Of a DNA stretch of 64,000 nt, positions 58,374-64,000 are shown in pieces (the first letter of the stretch is position 1; the number at the start of each line of letters is the position of its first letter). This DNA comes from Eledone cirrhosa (lineage: Eukaryota). The stretch spans positions 21,328,001 to 21,392,000 of the forward strand of contig OZ024752.1 in assembly GCA_964016885.1 (NCBI GenBank). Reading direction: 5' to 3'. The position numbers and the translations under genes are program-made. The notes under the pieces were generated by a model that ran no database searches, was not told the origin of the DNA, and saw only the letters and a program-made list of their open reading frames with translations.

Positions 58374-58974
58374 CACACACACATATACACACACATATAT
58401 ATATATACACATATATATATATATATACACGCATATATACACACACATACACACTTACATATACATATAATTATTGGGGGGGGGGGTTAAATTTATTAGT
58501 GAGAAATAATAAATATATATAGATTTCAAGGAACATAGAGTCATAACCTGAAGTTAAAGCATTATATATGTTTACTTAATGGTATCAGTTTTAGGAAATG
58601 ATGGTTGTAAGAAGGAAAGTAAAATTATGTAGTTCATCAGTAGTAGAACATTATTTCTGAAGACAGCATATATATGTGTAGGTATGTATATTCCCTCTGA
58701 TAGTTTGTATAAATATTGTACATAGATCTATAGAATATGCATACCAACTCTAACACATATATATCCTAGAAACGATCGTAAAATGATGAATTTTTTAATA
58801 TAAGGAACTGTTTCTTTGTTTATTCATTATTTTATTAATTTATCTTGACTCTGTTTTCCGTTTATCTTTCACCGAAAATAGTTTTTGAATACATCTTCTC
58901 TTTTCATGATATCCGGATTACATTGAGTTCTTCATACGGATTGGACACTACCGTAAAGTTTTGGTAGATTTATC

Positions 58975-58977
<3 letters not shown>
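57525..58977. mobile_element. Non-coding fold-back relative of the 1526-12083 PLE
   Basis: Minus arm 57525-~58645, plus arm 58649-58843, tail 58844-58977 homologous to 11950-12083. Confidence 0.85.
58649..58788 (+). ncRNA. Hammerhead with long stem II (mirror at 57580-57719, minus strand)
   Basis: CATTATTT-CTGAAGA-...-GAAA-CGATCG-TA-AAATGATG. Confidence 0.75.
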
Positions 58978-59033
<56 letters not shown>

Positions 59034-59093
59034 TATATATATATCATATACATATCATATATATATCATATATATATCATATATATATATATT

Positions 59094-59129
59094 TAAACAT
59101 TTGAATATGTATAATAAAGCCAAAACAAT
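59094..59129 (-). mobile_element. 36-bp terminal fragment of the 33739-37083 PLE family
   Basis: TAAACATTTGAATATGTATAATAAAGCCAAAACAAT versus TAAACGTTTGAATATGTGTAATAAGGCCAAGACAAT. Confidence 0.65.
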
Positions 59130-59131
59130 AT

Positions 59132-59178
<47 letters not shown>

Positions 59179-59263
59179 TATATATATATCATATATATAT
59201 ATATATATATATCATATATATATATATATCATATATATATATATCATATATATATATATATAT

Positions 59264-59306
<43 letters not shown>

Positions 59307-59413
59307 ATATATATATTATATATATATTATATATATATATATATTATATATATATATATATTATATATATATATATATTATATATATATATATATTATAT
59401 ATATATATATATC

Positions 59414-59444
<31 letters not shown>

Positions 59445-59538
59445 ATATTATATATATATATATATATTATATATATATATATATTATATATATATATATA
59501 TTATATATATATATATATCATATATATATATATATATC

Positions 59539-59569
<31 letters not shown>

Positions 59570-60312
59570 ATATATTATATATATATATATATCATATATA
59601 TATATATATATCATATATATATATATATATATATCATATATATATATATATATCATATATATATATATATATCATATATATATATATATATATATCATAT
59701 ATATATATATATATCATATATATATATATATATCATATATATATATATATCATATATATATATATATCATATATATATATATATATATCATATATATATA
59801 TATATATATCATATATATATATATATATATCATATATATATATATATCATATATATATATATATCATATATATCATATATATATATATCATATATATATA
59901 TATATATCATATATATATATATCATATATATATATATATATATATATCATATATATCATATATATATATATCATATATATCATATATATATATATATATA
60001 TCATATATATATATATATCATATATATCATATATATATCATATATATATATATATATCATATATATCATATATATATATATCATATATATCATATATATA
60101 TATATATATATATATCATATATATATATATATATATATATATCATATATATATATCATATATATATATATCATATATATATATATCATATATATATATAT
60201 ATCATATATATATATATATCATATATATATATCATATATATATATATATCATATATATATATATCATATATATATATATATATATCATATATATATATAT
60301 ATCATATATATA

Positions 60313-60359
<47 letters not shown>

Positions 60360-60477
60360 ATATATATATATATATATATATGATATATATATATATATCA
60401 TATATATATATATCATATATATATCATATATATATATATATGATATATATATATATCATATATATATATATATCATA

Positions 60478-62745
60478 TCTCTCTCTCTCTCTCTCCCCCT
60501 TCCCACTCTCTCTCTCTCTCTCTTAGCTACACACACACACACACATATATATATAAGATAAATTCCCGTTCATGTTTATTCACTTTCGCCAAACAATTGC
60601 TGCTTCAACTACCCCTACTACGGTGTAACCATGTAATCGTAACGTTCACGTTTTTCCTATCTCCTCCACACACCACAATTTCGTACAAACATCCAATCCC
60701 GCAAAATCCGAAATCTGTATTTTTTGTTATTTATTAAGGTTTAAATACGGTGTTTTTGTCGTATTGAACAGAACAAATCTTGCAGTTTTGCTTTTTGTTA
60801 CTCGCTGGTAAACATTCATAACCTTCCAGCTAGCTAATTCTATCGTATTCTCCAATTCCTTAAATTCCTTAATTCCATCGTATTCCCAAACAAAAAAAAA
60901 CAAAATCCTTCCCATTCTTAATTCTATCGTATCCTCCAATTCCCTAATTCTATCGTATTCTCAAACAAAAAAACAAAAAACAACAAAATCCTTTCCATTC
61001 TACTTCTTATAATTTACTTTAAATATATATATCATGCTACCTCGAAAGTCAAAAATCCCGCTCATACACCCCTCACCCACCATTTTCTTCACGAGGGGTT
61101 GCGGTCAGCCACTCTCTCTCTCTCTCTCTCCCCCTTCCCACTCTCTCTCTCTCTCTCTTAGCTACACACACACACACACATATATATATAAGATAAATTC
61201 CCGTTCATGTTTATTCACTTTCGCCAAACAATTGCTGCTTCAACTACCCCTACTACGGTGTAACCATGTAATCGTAACGTTCACGTTTTTCCTATCTCCT
61301 CCACACACCACAATTTCGTACAAACATCCAATCCCGCAAAATCCGAAATCTGTATTTTTTGTTATTTATTAAGGTTTAAATACGGTGTTTTTGTCGTATT
61401 GAACAGAACAAATCTTGCAGTTTTGCTTTTTGTTACTCGCTGGTAAACATTCATAACCTTCCAGCTAGCTAATTCTATCGTATTCTCCAATTCCTTAAAT
61501 TCCTTAATTCCATCGTATTCCCAAACAAAAAAAAACAAAATCCTTCCCATTCTTAATTCTATCGTATCCTCCAATTCCCTAATTCTATCGTATTCTCAAA
61601 CAAAAAAACAAAAAACAACAAAATCCTTTCCATTCTACTTCTTATAATTTACTTTAAATATATATATCATGCTACCTCGAAAGTCAAAAATCCCGCTCAT
61701 ACACCCCTCACCCACCATTTTCTTCACGAGGGGTTGCGGTCAGCCACTCTCTCTCTCTCTCTCTCTCTCCCCCTTCCCACTCTCTCTCTCTCTCTCTTAG
61801 CTACACACACACACACACATATATATATAAGATAAATTCCCGTTCATGTTTATTCACTTTCGCCAAACAATTGCTGCTTCAACTACCCCTACTACGGTGT
61901 AACCATGTAATCGTAACGTTCACGTTTTTCCTATCTCCTCCACACACCACAATTTCGTACAAACATCCAATCCCGCAAAATCCGAAATCTGTATTTTTTG
62001 TTATTTATTAAGGTTTAAATACGGTGTTTTTGTCGTATTGAACAGAACAAATCTTGCAGTTTTGCTTTTTGTTACTCGCTGGTAAACATTCATAACCTTC
62101 CAGCTAGCTAATTCTATCGTATTCTCCAATTCCTTAAATTCCTTAATTCCATCGTATTCCCAAACAAAAAAAAACAAAATCCTTCCCATTCTTAATTCTA
62201 TCGTATCCTCCAATTCCCTAATTCTATCGTATTCTCAAACAAAAAAACAAAAAACAACAAAATCCTTTCCATTCTACTTCTTATAATTTACTTTAAATAT
62301 ATATATCATGCTACCTCGAAAGTCAAAAATCCCGCTCATACACCCCTCACCCACCATTTTCTTCACGAGGGGTTGCGGTCAGCCACTCTCTCTCTCTCTC
62401 TCTCCCCCCTTCCCACTCTCTCTCTCTCTCTCTTAGCTACACACACACACACACATATATATATAAGATAAATTCCCGTTCATGTTTATTCACTTTCGCC
62501 AAACAATTGCTGCTTCAACTACCCCTACTACGGTGTAACCATGTAATCGTAACGTTCACGTTTTTCCTATCTCCTCCACACACCACAATTTCGTACAAAC
62601 ATCCAATCCCGCAAAATCCGAAATCTGTATTTTTTGTTATTTATTAAGGTTTAAATACGGTGTTTTTGTCGTATTGAACAGAACAAATCTTGCAGTTTTG
62701 CTTTTTGTTACTCGCTGGTAAACATTCATAACCTTCCAGCTAGCT
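60478..62745 (+). repeat. Tandem array of ~637-bp near-identical units (~3.6 copies) at an RTE 5' end
   Basis: Identical spurious ORFs at 60727, 61362 and 62001 give periods of 635 and 639 bp. Confidence 0.93.
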
Positions 62746-64000
62746 ACCCCACATCCCTCCCACCCGCCCCCACACACCACCATTCTTAATACGTGGACCA
62801 ATCATAAGCCAGAGACCCCCCCCACACGCATCACCATTATTACTATAAGCCAGAGACCCCCCCCCCCCACACGCATCACCATTATTATTATTACGCGGAC
62901 CAATCATAAGCCAGAGGCCTATACTATCGCTTGCACGGTTGCCTTCGATATATGATGGATGGATGGATGGATGGACGGACTGCGGAATCCTGGAGAGTGG
63001 AGGGGAGAGAAAAATCTGGACGCTCAGAGCGAAAATGCCAATGCTAAAGTCAAATTCACCTCGTGGACGAGAATGCGAGCACTCTTCTTTGTTTCGCCCG
63101 CGGATGGCTAACATAACCCCATCTCCCCCCGCCCCACACCACCCCCACCCTCCAAACGCGATCCAAAACTTCAGAGTTGGTACCATAAATGTAGGCACCC
63201 TAAAGGGGCGCGCTAACGAGGTTGTAGAAATGCTTGAACGTAAGGAGGTCGATGTTTGTTGTATTCAAGAGACCAGGTGGAGGGGTGGGTCTGCTAGATT
63301 CATTGAGGGTAAAAAAACGATGTTATAAGCTTTTCTGGGTGGGAAACGACGATGGGCTGGGTGGAGTAGGAATCATGGTAGCAGAAAAGTGGGCGGATAA
63401 GATAATAGACGTAAATAGAGTGAACGACAGAATAATTAAAATACGACTTGTCCTCAATAGAACTACGGTGACAGTAATATCTGCGTATGCACCCCAATCC
63501 GGACTGCCCGGCACTATAAAAGACAGATTCTATGAGACACTGATGCTCACTACCTCCCAAATATCTGACAGTGACTATATAATTATTGCAGGCGACCTAA
63601 ATGGTCACGTTGGGCAACATTGTGACGGCTACGACGAAATCCATGGAGGCTATGGGTTTGGTACTAGAAATGAGGAAGGCTCCAGAATCCTGGAATTCTG
63701 TGATGCAAATAACCTAACTATCTGTAACACTAACTTCAAAAAACGTGACAATCACCTGATCACCTATAGATCCGGGGAACACACAAGCCAGGTAGATTAT
63801 ATCCTTACCAGAAGACGTGACAGAGTGTCTGTTGTAAACACTAAATCCCTCCCCCATGAAGAATGCACCTCCCAACATAGACTGATAATTAGCGACCTCA
63901 TAGTCAGGTCGAGACGTACTCGACAGCAGAAGAGGACTATCCTCAGGAGAAAAATATGGAAGCTAAAGGACCCCACAGCCAAAAATAAATTTCAAAACAT
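62746..64000 (+). mobile_element. RTE family A proximal 5' UTR and APE domain (frameshift ~63315), runs off the window
   Basis: [20 protein letters not shown]. Homologous to ~40750-41875. Confidence 0.92.

Noticed and set aside
60727-62213. Three identical 70-aa ORFs
   Set aside because: By-product of the tandem UTR monomer; non-ATG start and no recognisable domain.

Overview
Eukaryotic, very AT-rich window with no recognisable host gene. The SINE content resembles octopod cephalopods (inference). It consists of (TA)n-derived microsatellite arrays loaded with retroelements. Contents: about 9 copies of RTE-type LINEs in two families, with APE, RT, a PHD-like C4HC3 finger inside the RT and (GAT)n tails; several families of Penelope-like elements (PLEs; RT plus GIY-YIG), including a ~10.5-kb fold-back with two 5.2-kb inverted arms and one near-complete element with direct pseudo-LTRs; tRNA-derived SINEs; a probable non-autonomous Helitron; and a 200-N gap. 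The least obvious signal is non-coding. I can read 12 hammerhead ribozymes (HHRs) with an intact CUGANGA/GAAA core, plus about 10 variant or partial ones. Many sit in small 'inverted arm + unpaired tail' insertions in (TA)n, and three carry the compensatory U3-A8 core. Other oddities are a TA-rich array flanked by a 48-bp duplication inside an RTE ORF and a ~637-bp tandem monomer array forming an RTE 5' UTR. All calls were made by eye, so boundaries next to microsatellites are approximate.
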